Below are positions 1 to 8,823 of a stretch of 64,000 nt of DNA, in pieces. A program made the position numbers and the translations under genes. The stretch is taken from sequence record NC_047880.1; one strand, written 5' to 3'. Numbering within the stretch: position 1 is the first letter of the stretch; each line of letters starts with the position of its first letter. Under the pieces are notes generated by a model, which was given only the letters and a program-made list of their open reading frames with translations, had not been told where the DNA came from and did no database searches.

Positions 1-32
1 TCAACAAGTATGACTCGTCGCGTGGTGCGATT

Positions 33-422
33 GTGAGTTATACGAAGTGGTGGATTCTGAACGCTCAAACCTGTAGCAGTAGCGAACACGAATATGGGAT
101 CGCGTATACAATACCGCAGACCCAGCGTAAGAAACTCGCAACAGGTGAAGATACCACTTCACTCAATTTCTCGGTTAGTCTCGATGCTCCGACTTCTGAA
201 TCTGATGAAGGACCGGACGCGAGCCTCCATCAAAAAGTGAGTGACCATCATCACTTAGAAGATCACGTCGATAGCGAAAGACGAACCGGAAAGCTGAGAC
301 TCTTGATTAAGCGTGTAGACCCGTTGGGTGTCGCTCGCCTCACGATGGATGTGGGTGAGGAGTTCGACAAAGACGAACTGGAATTTATGCGCCGTTACAT
401 GAAGTCTCAACGGCTAGCCTAA
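33..422 (+). CDS. hypothetical protein
   Basis: 129-aa ORF on the coding strand; the true start may lie upstream. Confidence 0.55.
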   Translation: MSYTKWWILNAQTCSSSEHEYGIAYTIPQTQRKKLATGEDTTSLNFSVSLDAPTSESDEGPDASLHQKVSDHHHLEDHVDSERRTGKLRLLIKRVDPLGVARLTMDVGEEFDKDELEFMRRYMKSQRLA

Positions 423-466
423 AACTGTAAACATTGCGAAAGCAAACTCAATATTGAGGATATATA

Positions 467-1729
467 ATGGCACGTGGATTTGATAACATCAGCGACAACA
501 GTAAGCGCGACAGCTTACGTGAGTCGGATATCTTTGAGATTTATCCGTTAGCGAAAAAAGCTGCTGGCGGCTGGGTGTCTATTCGTTTACTTGAAACTGA
601 CCTGCTGCCTATCAAAAAGCACTGGATCAAAATCATGGGCGGCAAAGACAAAGACAAAGAAATCAAAATCCCACGTCTTTGTGTTAGCTTCGACCCTGAC
701 AATGCCGGTAAACCGTTACGCGGTATGAAGTGTCCGTACTGCGGCATTGCTCACGGTAACGATGAATCAGGTGCACCAGCGCAGTACGACTTTAAGTGGT
801 ATGCGCAAGCGATTGTTCGTGATGAACAAGAAACTCAGCCACGCAAATTGCCGAAGCACACGAAGCAAGAGCTGAAAACGAAAAAGAAAGAAAAAGGCTC
901 AGAAAGCTGGACTCCGGTATTTTGTATCCCGCTCACTAACAGTCTGGCTGGCCGTATCAAAGAGCTGGGCGAGCGCAACATTCACAACGTTAAAGACAAA
1001 AAGTCTGGCAAGAAGTCTAAGCAAGCGTTTCAGGTCAATCATCCGAAGTACGGCTGTGACATTGAAATCAAATACAACGCTAAGAAATCTCCTGCAGAGC
1101 GTTACTCAATCGAACGCGGTGAGCATAAGCCGCTGACCGAAGAAGAAAAAGAATATCTGACCTGGGACTTCGAAAACTGGGAAGAGATTTATGATCTTCT
1201 CGGCCGTCTGTCAGAAGCAGATGCTCTTGCTGACTTCAAGAAGATGGACGTTCTCGGCGTCGAACCTGATGATAGCGATGACGACGAAGACGACGATGAC
1301 GATGGCATGTCATTGGGCAAGAAAGGTAAAAAGTCCAAGAAGTCTCGCAAAGACGATGACGACGAAGACGACGAGGATGACGAAGACGAACGACCGTCTA
1401 AGAAATCCAAGAAGTCCAAGCCTTCTAAGTCTAAGCGTCTGCTGGACGATGATGAAGACGACGAAGACGAAGATGATGACGAAGACGATCGTCCATCTAA
1501 AAAGTCCAAGAAGTCTTCTAAGGACAAAAAGTCAGTGAAGTCCAAGAAGTCTAAAAAATCCAGTCGTGACGATGACGACGAAGATGATGAAGACGACGAA
1601 GACGAAAAGCCTAAGAAGAAGAAAAAGAAAACTTCTTCTGCTGACAAGTCTTCCGTGAAGAAGAAGAAAAAGAAATCTTCTGACGACGATGAAGACGAAA
1701 AGCCAAAGAAAAAGAAAAAGAAAAAGTAA
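467..1729 (+). CDS. T4 gp32-like ssDNA-binding protein with a long D/E- and K-rich tail
   Basis: Globular N-terminal ~265 aa with Zn-type Cys/His residues (RLCVSF..KCPYCGIAH) in a gp32-like arrangement; directly upstream of RecA/UvsX; GAGG SD at 456-459. Confidence 0.65.
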   Translation: MARGFDNISDNSKRDSLRESDIFEIYPLAKKAAGGWVSIRLLETDLLPIKKHWIKIMGGKDKDKEIKIPRLCVSFDPDNAGKPLRGMKCPYCGIAHGNDESGAPAQYDFKWYAQAIVRDEQETQPRKLPKHTKQELKTKKKEKGSESWTPVFCIPLTNSLAGRIKELGERNIHNVKDKKSGKKSKQAFQVNHPKYGCDIEIKYNAKKSPAERYSIERGEHKPLTEEEKEYLTWDFENWEEIYDLLGRLSEADALADFKKMDVLGVEPDDSDDDEDDDDDGMSLGKKGKKSKKSRKDDDDEDDEDDEDERPSKKSKKSKPSKSKRLLDDDEDDEDEDDDEDDRPSKKSKKSSKDKKSVKSKKSKKSSRDDDDEDDEDDEDEKPKKKKKKTSSADKSSVKKKKKKSSDDDEDEKPKKKKKKK

Positions 1730-1743
1730 CTGATCGATCACAT

Positions 1744-1771
1744 GGGGTGGCATAAGCTGCCCCATTCTTTT
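1744..1771 (+). terminator. intrinsic terminator
   Basis: GGGGTGGC-ATAA-GCTGCCCC followed by a T-rich tract. Confidence 0.7.
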
Positions 1772-1794
1772 CTCTAATCAGGAATTACCTCTCG

Positions 1795-4287
1795 ATGGCC
1801 AAAGAGAAGAAAGTAAAAGAACCCAAAGCTAAGAAAGCAAAAGCTGTTGCTTCTGATGATGTGGGTGGAAAAGAGATTAAGGTGTTTAGTCTCTCAAGCA
1901 TGATGGACGACACGCTCGATCTCATTGAGAAGAAAACGAAAGTAAGTTCTCAGGATGCAGCGCGTCACGCACCACGTATCTCAACTGGTGTGCTCGCTCT
2001 CGATATGTATCTCGATGGCGGTATTGTACCTGGTGGCTGGTATACATTTGCAGGCGGTGAGCAGTCCTGTAAGTCTACGATGACCATGAGTATCATGGCG
2101 TCTCTGATTCGTCTGAAATATAAAGGGACCAGCGTAGTATTCGACTACGAAGGTTCAACCGATGCTGACTACGTTGCTGGTCAGTTGAAAACGTTTGGCG
2201 TTACTGTCGATCCGAAAACAATCTTCGGTGTGCGCGATACTGATGGTGGTGGCTGGATCATCAAACCTCAGATTCGCTACTACGCACCTGATAACGGTGA
2301 GCGCTTCTTCGATTACATGTCGATGCTGCGTCGTCGTCTGCCGAACAAAATCGTTGAGAAAGACGGCTCTGCGTATTACGTCTTTGAGAACACCAAAGAG
2401 AACGCGAAGAAAGTCGCTGGCTTCTACGATAAGAAGTGGTTCAGTCGTAACAACGAATTCAAAGTACCTGCCGAAGATGCACACATGCAGGCTATGGTTA
2501 TCGTTGACTCCTATCCGGCAATGATGCCTGATGCTGTCGATGATGACGATGGTTCAAAAGCAATGGCAATGCAGGCGCGTATGTTCTCTGACGGTATCAA
2601 ACGTTTCCGTGGCGGTATGCGTCGTAAGATGATGACTATCGTTGGCGTTAACCAGATTCGTCTGAAACCTGCTGTAATGTTCGGCCCGCCTGAGTACGAG
2701 CCGTGTGGTGAAGCGTTGAAGTTCTATTGCTTCGCGTCTGACACTAACATCCGTACTGATCACGGTGTGCTGACTGCACCTCAGATCAAAGAGCTGCTGG
2801 ATGCAGGTAAAGACGTTAGCGTTGAATCGTTCGACGGCTTCCAACAGATCGTTCAGGCGTGGAAAGTCGATGACGCTCCATTCCCTATCGAGCTGTACGC
2901 TGGTGGTCACGCATATGTTGGCAGTGCAGAGCACCGTCAGTTCACGCTGATGCACGACACAACCGATGATGGTATGCGTGTGTTACGTCCTGAATGGAAC
3001 ACACTCAATCAGCTTGCGCAATTCCCAAGCGCCGAAGGCCAGTACGCCGCGTTGCGTGTCGCTAAAGTTGAAGAACTGAAACAGCATACGCCTGACGTGT
3101 ATGATGAATCTTCCGCTGCTGTTAAACGCCTACTCGCTAACTGCGATCCACAAAGCAAGCAACTGCCTCTCGTATCTAAAGGTGATACGACGTATGCAGC
3201 GAACTGCCTCGTGATTGATATGGTTGGTGATAGCACTGACCAGTCAGACTTCGAGCTGTGGGTTAAGCACTTCATGAACATCGGTATCTTGGCGTTTGCT
3301 GATGCTAACGGTATCTGGTTGCCGGGTCTGCATAAGCATGAGCTGGAAGAAGCCTTAGTTCAAGATGCTCTCGGTGCACACGCAGGTATCAGTGATGCTT
3401 CGTCCGCTCGTCAACGTCAGACTCAGATGCTGACTGTGATCGCTGACGTATTCCCTGAACTGACTCGTTACGTCCTCGACTACAACCTGACTAACGAGCC
3501 TATCTATCTGGCTCCTGGTTATGATTTCGCGGAAGCGCTTGACGCAATTCTGCATAAAGAAATCAGCGGTTACGACGACCAGTACGATCTGCTGATGACT
3601 CAGCTTGCGTATATCGAAGACTGGTACACGGTCTGTGACTCAATCGTTCCTGTTCCGTTCTCTCTTCGCGCTCTCGACCGTGATGTTGAGTTCTGGGATG
3701 TTAACGTTGCATCAACCTCAGTCGTTATCACGAACAACTTCGCATCGCATAACAGTGACGTGCGCGTTCGTCTGACTTCTCGCGCTGTGCCTCAGGGCTG
3801 GCCTGTGATGAAAGACGCTCACGGTATCGTCGGCGAGAAGTCTGTTACTGTTGAAGGTGGTACTGACCGCTATCGTTTCATTGCGGCTAAGACTACCAAG
3901 AACAAGATGGGTGGCATCCCGAATCAGCAAACGTGGATGCGTTTGTGGGAAGCAGATGGTAATGGTGAAGCTCGTGGCTTCGACCCAGTGTTTGACTGCT
4001 GGCATTATCTGAAAACCCTGGGCTTGATCAACGGTACGCGCAAGAACTTCAAAATGAAAGCGCCGTGTCCTCTCGCATCTGATGTTAAGATCGATTGGGA
4101 CGAGTTCCGTACTTTGATCAACGGTAACAAGCAACAAATCATTGACGTGTGTCGTAAGCTGAAAGTGAAGAAGCCTCTGTCTTTACGTGCGTGGTGCTTC
4201 AAGTTCGTGCAGTCCACACAGGGCAAAGAGATGTTGAAAGCGTCTATCAGTAAGTCGGCTAAAGTCGAAGACGACGAAGACGATTAA
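1795..4287 (+). CDS. recA: RecA/UvsX recombinase, intein-containing
   Basis: RecA motifs: ISTGVLALD, P-loop GGEQSCKST, VIVDS, QARMFS, NQIR, GEALKFY/SDVR, KNK. Confidence 0.9.
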   Translation: MAKEKKVKEPKAKKAKAVASDDVGGKEIKVFSLSSMMDDTLDLIEKKTKVSSQDAARHAPRISTGVLALDMYLDGGIVPGGWYTFAGGEQSCKSTMTMSIMASLIRLKYKGTSVVFDYEGSTDADYVAGQLKTFGVTVDPKTIFGVRDTDGGGWIIKPQIRYYAPDNGERFFDYMSMLRRRLPNKIVEKDGSAYYVFENTKENAKKVAGFYDKKWFSRNNEFKVPAEDAHMQAMVIVDSYPAMMPDAVDDDDGSKAMAMQARMFSDGIKRFRGGMRRKMMTIVGVNQIRLKPAVMFGPPEYEPCGEALKFYCFASDTNIRTDHGVLTAPQIKELLDAGKDVSVESFDGFQQIVQAWKVDDAPFPIELYAGGHAYVGSAEHRQFTLMHDTTDDGMRVLRPEWNTLNQLAQFPSAEGQYAALRVAKVEELKQHTPDVYDESSAAVKRLLANCDPQSKQLPLVSKGDTTYAANCLVIDMVGDSTDQSDFELWVKHFMNIGILAFADANGIWLPGLHKHELEEALVQDALGAHAGISDASSARQRQTQMLTVIADVFPELTRYVLDYNLTNEPIYLAPGYDFAEALDAILHKEISGYDDQYDLLMTQLAYIEDWYTVCDSIVPVPFSLRALDRDVEFWDVNVASTSVVITNNFASHNSDVRVRLTSRAVPQGWPVMKDAHGIVGEKSVTVEGGTDRYRFIAAKTTKNKMGGIPNQQTWMRLWEADGNGEARGFDPVFDCWHYLKTLGLINGTRKNFKMKAPCPLASDVKIDWDEFRTLINGNKQQIIDVCRKLKVKKPLSLRAWCFKFVQSTQGKEMLKASISKSAKVEDDEDD
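2728..3753 (+). mobile_element. intein (342 aa) in RecA/UvsX
   Basis: Starts CFASDT (block A), has block B-like YVGSAEHRQF, ends VITNNFASHN followed by Ser+1; removing it restores ALKFY-SDVR. Confidence 0.92.
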
Positions 4288-4301
4288 TATAAACCAATAG
4301 A

Positions 4302-4327
4302 GGCGGGCTTCGGCTCGCCCTTTCTTT
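4302..4327 (+). terminator. intrinsic terminator
   Basis: GGCGGGC-TTCG-GCTCGCC followed by CTTTCTTT. Confidence 0.85.
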
Positions 4328-4342
4328 AACAGGAAAAATGAA

Positions 4343-4720
4343 ATGTCAAAAACGTATCTCGCTGATATCGGAAACTTAGGTCTTATCAAACTGGCTATCA
4401 ATGCTGACGTTCGCCCTCTGAATATCGAAACGCTCAAAGAGCTGGACTCTGCTGATCTGCCTACTGACCTGAACCGTGTGTATGTCGTTGGGGCTAACGT
4501 CGCGCCTGCTATGTTCACTGAACTCGAAAGCTACATCGACCCGTCTGAACTCGTTGCTGACGTTGAGAAAGGTAATATCGGCAAGCTGTTCAACCGTGAT
4601 GTTATTCGCAGCGAACAGGTAGACCCGGATATGCTGGCGCTGGTCCTGCTGTTTAGTCCGAACAATGACAGCGCAGCACTCGAAGTTCTCGGCTTTGCTG
4701 CTGTGAAGATTAATCTGTAA
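4343..4720 (+). CDS. hypothetical protein
   Basis: 125-aa ORF with AGGA SD. Confidence 0.8.
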   Translation: MSKTYLADIGNLGLIKLAINADVRPLNIETLKELDSADLPTDLNRVYVVGANVAPAMFTELESYIDPSELVADVEKGNIGKLFNRDVIRSEQVDPDMLALVLLFSPNNDSAALEVLGFAAVKINL

Positions 4721-4794
4721 ATACAACACAGAGCGGGAGATTCACTCTCGCTCACATTCAACTCGATAGACCATACGGTCAGGAGTATTAGACG

Positions 4795-5514
4795 ATGAAA
4801 AGAATTCACGTACAGACATTACCGCTAGACGCACTCAACGGACTTGTTCACGGTTTCCACCACCATGAACGTCACCACAATTTCGGTCGGGTCGATGTAT
4901 CTTTATATTACATGGACGTGACAGCTCAAGCAGCGCAGAACTCCTTGTTTTCTATTTTGAAAAAAGAAAAGCATAACATCAAACCTGTGGGTTACGATAG
5001 TATCAGTTCTGTTCAAGGTAAAACGCTGCCTGAAATAGCTGGCACTGTGTTATCTACTAGCCTGCTTCACGTTGACCGTGCATCTATCGCATCTAACCTA
5101 AACGACATGTTTGGCAGTATGCGCCGCTCTGGACTCACTAAACAAAGCACAATAACAATTTACGGTGAGCCTGGAATTGAGAAGCTTATGCACATGGCGA
5201 ACGACGTTGCATACGCAGCATATAGCGAAGCCGATAACTCCTCAATCCGACTGGGCCATGAAGGTACGACGACAAATCTTCCGTTAGATACTCTCATGAA
5301 ACTTATTCTCGACACTGAGAAGAACATTTGTGCTACGATTCATAATTCGCCTGCGAACGTATACACGTTTGGTCCTGAGCTTACGATCTTGGACCCTGAG
5401 TGGTTGTCTAAGTTTCTTTCGTGTGTGAAGCGTACAGGCAAGAGCGCACATCTTCATCCAGAACTTCATCGTAAGTTTTTTGACGCTGAAATTTCCATTT
5501 ACGAATTCGTATAA
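4795..5514 (+). CDS. hypothetical protein
   Basis: 239-aa ORF with AGGAG SD. Confidence 0.8.
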   Translation: MKRIHVQTLPLDALNGLVHGFHHHERHHNFGRVDVSLYYMDVTAQAAQNSLFSILKKEKHNIKPVGYDSISSVQGKTLPEIAGTVLSTSLLHVDRASIASNLNDMFGSMRRSGLTKQSTITIYGEPGIEKLMHMANDVAYAAYSEADNSSIRLGHEGTTTNLPLDTLMKLILDTEKNICATIHNSPANVYTFGPELTILDPEWLSKFLSCVKRTGKSAHLHPELHRKFFDAEISIYEFV

Positions 5515-5553
5515 CTGAACACAATGCTGTGTGTAGTCTTTGCCAATTGGCAC

Positions 5554-5583
5554 GGGAGATCATGATGGTCTCCCATTTTTTTT
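5554..5583 (+). terminator. intrinsic terminator
   Basis: GGGAGATC-ATGAT-GGTCTCCC followed by a long T run. Confidence 0.8.
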
Positions 5584-5620
5584 ATTTAAATTCCCCGCAT
5601 ATGTCTTGAGAGTCTGCGCT

Positions 5621-6640
5621 ATGTCTAAAGAAACTTACTTAGAAGTACATGATGCCTATATTGCAAACAATTTCTTGCAGGATATTCCACGTTCTAAACT
5701 GACAGCTCGCTTCACTGAATATTTGAATCGTGTCAAAGGCGTTGTTCCTTCCAACGGTATTCCTATGGCTGAATTCTTGCAGTGGGCAAACATGATGCCA
5801 GCTAAGGACGAGGAGATCGATTCCCGTAGAATGCTGTTTACGGTTGGCATTGTCTACACGCATTTCATCTGGTCGTTCACTAAAGCCTCCTATGTTGTTG
5901 AGCGTGATATATGGAAGCATCTTGTCGAGAGCGACTCTCCAAAAATACTACCGTCTGCTACACTCAAGCAACTCCCTCACTGGTCTCAGTGGATTGCAGC
6001 ACCAGTTACTGTCACACACAAAGACAGCAAGTCCGATACATCTTACATAATTGATTCGGATGGTTTCTGGGCGACCTATGCAAATTTCAACGAAACAACC
6101 CACATGAACCTGGCCTTTGTTGGGTCTATCAGCATTAATAACGCCCGTCATATAATGCACATGCAACTTATCTTTGACATTACCAAAGATATGGAATTGA
6201 TTGATGGTTTCGATTGGTTCATGTTTATATTGGGTGAAAACGGAAGTTCACATATAGACCCGAGTACACCAGAAGGTCCTGTCGTAGCTCGTATTCTTCA
6301 AGAATTTATGAAGCCTGTCGTCAACGTGCTTTTGTTCATTGCCTCAGAAGTAGACAACATCTACAAGGGAGGTATGAAAAGATTTAAACCCCGCAAACAG
6401 GGTAACTCATACAAAGTTATACCAGTGCGCGATGTAAGAGAGTGGAAAGTAGGTACAGAGTTACTTAATGAAATTCGTACATACGAAAACGAAGTAGAGA
6501 CTGCGAAATCTCAAGGCCGTCGTGCTCATATACGACGCGGCCATTATCATAACTACTGGTACGGTCCGCGTACTGGTGATCGTCAGCTCAAATCAAGATG
6601 GGTTCCACCTTGTGTTGTTAGAGGCACCATCGAAGATTGA
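5621..6640 (+). CDS. hypothetical protein with C-terminal RxHxRRGHxH motif
   Basis: ATG at 5621 preferred, since the ORF-track start overlaps the terminator; C-terminus RRAHIRRGHYHNYWYGPR..RWVPP. Confidence 0.8.
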   Translation: MSKETYLEVHDAYIANNFLQDIPRSKLTARFTEYLNRVKGVVPSNGIPMAEFLQWANMMPAKDEEIDSRRMLFTVGIVYTHFIWSFTKASYVVERDIWKHLVESDSPKILPSATLKQLPHWSQWIAAPVTVTHKDSKSDTSYIIDSDGFWATYANFNETTHMNLAFVGSISINNARHIMHMQLIFDITKDMELIDGFDWFMFILGENGSSHIDPSTPEGPVVARILQEFMKPVVNVLLFIASEVDNIYKGGMKRFKPRKQGNSYKVIPVRDVREWKVGTELLNEIRTYENEVETAKSQGRRAHIRRGHYHNYWYGPRTGDRQLKSRWVPPCVVRGTIED

Positions 6641-6685
6641 GTTCTATCAACCTCCACGTATGAGCGTTTAGCTCGGAGAAAAACT

Positions 6686-7447
6686 ATGTCTCGTGTACAA
6701 AATGTCTATATCCCTGATGTTGAATCGTTTGAACCTTACGTCCGCTCACTGTGTCACATGGCGCGTATACTCGATCAAAATGGTACTAACTACAACAAGA
6801 TGAAACACGTAGTTGTTATCGGTACTTCTAAACGTATGGCAGAAGCTTATGTGCGACAGCTTCTTGGATCAAAAGACCTGCCTAGCAATCTTATCTGCTT
6901 CGGTTGTGATGAATCACCTGTCAATCACCGCGAGTTCTCTTACATCGGTTCGCATGTCGTGCTGCTGCCTGAATTGAACTATGCGTCTGAAAGCGCTTTG
7001 GATAAAATCTCACGCCGCGTTATTGAAATGATTTTGAGCCTGAAACAGAAGGACGAAGACACAGAGCTAAAGAATGGCGCTCTCACTGTCACGTATCAGA
7101 ATCCAAGAATCTGGTCATGCCTCATTTCATGTGGGGCCGTCATGAACGCGCCGAACTATGCTAACATTCAGTTCCAGAAAGATTTGGTGTCTTCCATAGG
7201 CGTAGGCCAACTCATGGACTGTATGACGAATGAAGACTACCACGAACTTCATGCGCAAACGATCACGATCGGCCTTGAGTTCCTGTACGTCAAAACCGAA
7301 TACATTATTGAGAAACTGCACAACCTGCTGTGGTCACTCAGCTCAACAAACAGTGAGTTCAAGGATAAGCACACGATAGTCCTGCACGACGATTTCCGTC
7401 TGGCCTTATTCGAACAATATCTGCTCTACGACTTCCGTGGGTTTTAA
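6686..7447 (+). CDS. hypothetical protein
   Basis: 253-aa ORF with GGAG SD. Confidence 0.8.
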   Translation: MSRVQNVYIPDVESFEPYVRSLCHMARILDQNGTNYNKMKHVVVIGTSKRMAEAYVRQLLGSKDLPSNLICFGCDESPVNHREFSYIGSHVVLLPELNYASESALDKISRRVIEMILSLKQKDEDTELKNGALTVTYQNPRIWSCLISCGAVMNAPNYANIQFQKDLVSSIGVGQLMDCMTNEDYHELHAQTITIGLEFLYVKTEYIIEKLHNLLWSLSSTNSEFKDKHTIVLHDDFRLALFEQYLLYDFRGF

Positions 7448-7521
7448 GACTATTCTTAGTCCTGTTCTCTAATTTCTAAACGTCGGCAAGTAGTGCTGAC
7501 GAGACGTTATTGGAGAATAAC

Positions 7522-7782
7522 ATGTGCGGACGTAGCCTAGTACGGTTGAAGTATCTCGCACGGTCCTCGAACTGGTGCAACAATAAAGTAAACGCTTGTA
7601 ATAAGCGGAAGGCGAAGCATGTACAGTGTGAAGAATTTCTGGCAGCCACGAAAGGTTGTAGCACTGTCCAACTCTCGCCCAGTGTTATCTCGTTCTATTG
7701 TAATTCTGAACTGGTCGGTCAGACAGTATGGCATGAAATAGAAGGCGATAATTCACTTCAATTCCGTCTGTTACTCGCATAG
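7522..7782 (+). CDS. hypothetical protein
   Basis: GGAG at 7512-7515, ATG at 7522, followed by a terminator. Confidence 0.55.
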   Translation: MCGRSLVRLKYLARSSNWCNNKVNACNKRKAKHVQCEEFLAATKGCSTVQLSPSVISFYCNSELVGQTVWHEIEGDNSLQFRLLLA

Positions 7783-7785
7783 TCT

Positions 7786-7827
7786 AAAGGGCTGTCAGAA
7801 ATCAATCTGATGGCCCTTTCTCTTTTA
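7786..7827 (+). terminator. intrinsic terminator
   Basis: AAAGGGCTGTCAGA...TCTGATGGCCCTTT followed by a T-rich tract. Confidence 0.75.
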
Positions 7828-7890
7828 TACGCTAATTTTTAAACGTATAAACGCGCGGTGTTCCGCTACCTCACTCTAAGGATATTCATT

Positions 7891-8823
7891 ATGTCTTTGA
7901 TTAAACTCGAAGGCGTTGCATCTACTTCTGCTGTATCAAAAGCACAGAAAGATGCGGCTGTCTACATGTTCGGTTCTAAAGGTCACAGCATTGTTGCAGT
8001 GCTTGACAAGTTCGCTCGCGCAAAAGAAATTCAGGCGCCGCACCTTGCTGGTATTCTCGCGCTGATGAAAGATGGTGAAGATGACGAAATCATCAAATTC
8101 ACATCGTCCGCTGCTGGGAAGAAGTCTATCGTTGCTGCGAAGCAATTCGCTATTGCAAAAACGTTTACGAACGCAATCAAATACCTGAAACTGATTCGCG
8201 TTCCGATGAAGTGGATTCCAGGCCACTCTGATACTGCGGCTGCACGTATTCAACAAACCGAAACTATTCGTGCAAGCAAACGCGCTTCTACAAAACCTGA
8301 GAAGCCTATCAAGCTTGATAACCCTCATGCACCTGAAGCCGTAGAGCAAGAACAAACCAAAGCGTCTGCCGCTATCAACAAGATTTGGGACCTGTCTAAG
8401 TTCAAATCAAATCTTCTTGATTCGTCTTGGTCTGCGTTGATCACTGCATTCAACACAGAGTTCAAAGGTCGCTATGTGTTGAAACTGAACAAGCGTGAAG
8501 GTGCATTCCGCATCAACACTCTCAATGGCGGTTACTCTGGTCGTGGTGAAGCATTCCTGTCTGCTGCTTTCGAAAACAATTCGTGGGTAATGTTTGCCAA
8601 CGACCCTGCGACTAAGAGTGCTGCATTCGATAGTTGGTACGTCGGTCCTAAACTGACATTCGCAACAATCGTTTCGTATCTGAGCAACGAACTTGCTGGT
8701 CCTCATTCCGGTGAGAAGCAAGAGATCGATAAGCTGATCGCTGGCGCTGTTATCTTCCCGCACAATGATCGCTATTACGATGCGACAGAAGACCAGCCGA
8801 AAAAGACTACTGCAAAAAAGTAG
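7891..8823 (+). CDS. hypothetical protein (0-frame product; may be extended by a -1 frameshift)
   Basis: AAGGA SD, ATG at 7891; ends GCA AAA AAG TAG. Confidence 0.8.
   Translation: MSLIKLEGVASTSAVSKAQKDAAVYMFGSKGHSIVAVLDKFARAKEIQAPHLAGILALMKDGEDDEIIKFTSSAAGKKSIVAAKQFAIAKTFTNAIKYLKLIRVPMKWIPGHSDTAAARIQQTETIRASKRASTKPEKPIKLDNPHAPEAVEQEQTKASAAINKIWDLSKFKSNLLDSSWSALITAFNTEFKGRYVLKLNKREGAFRINTLNGGYSGRGEAFLSAAFENNSWVMFANDPATKSAAFDSWYVGPKLTFATIVSYLSNELAGPHSGEKQEIDKLIAGAVIFPHNDRYYDATEDQPKKTTAKK

Noticed and set aside
1191-1538. Alternative plus-frame ORFs rich in Thr/Lys/Met (also 52844-53068, 53649-53930)
   Set aside because: They are frame-shifted readings of the D/E and K/A repeats.
1189-1647. 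Minus-strand ORFs rich in poly-Ser/Phe/Leu (also 44446-45084, 52542-53078, 53351-54088, 53377-54003)
   Set aside because: They are antisense shadows of GAY/GAR/AAR-rich low-complexity plus-strand genes, which lack stops on the reverse strand. They have no SD or promoter support.
3270-3310. Intact LAGLIDADG homing endonuclease in the intein
   Set aside because: Only one weak trace (GILAFADANG) is present and no second motif, so an active endonuclease cannot be supported.
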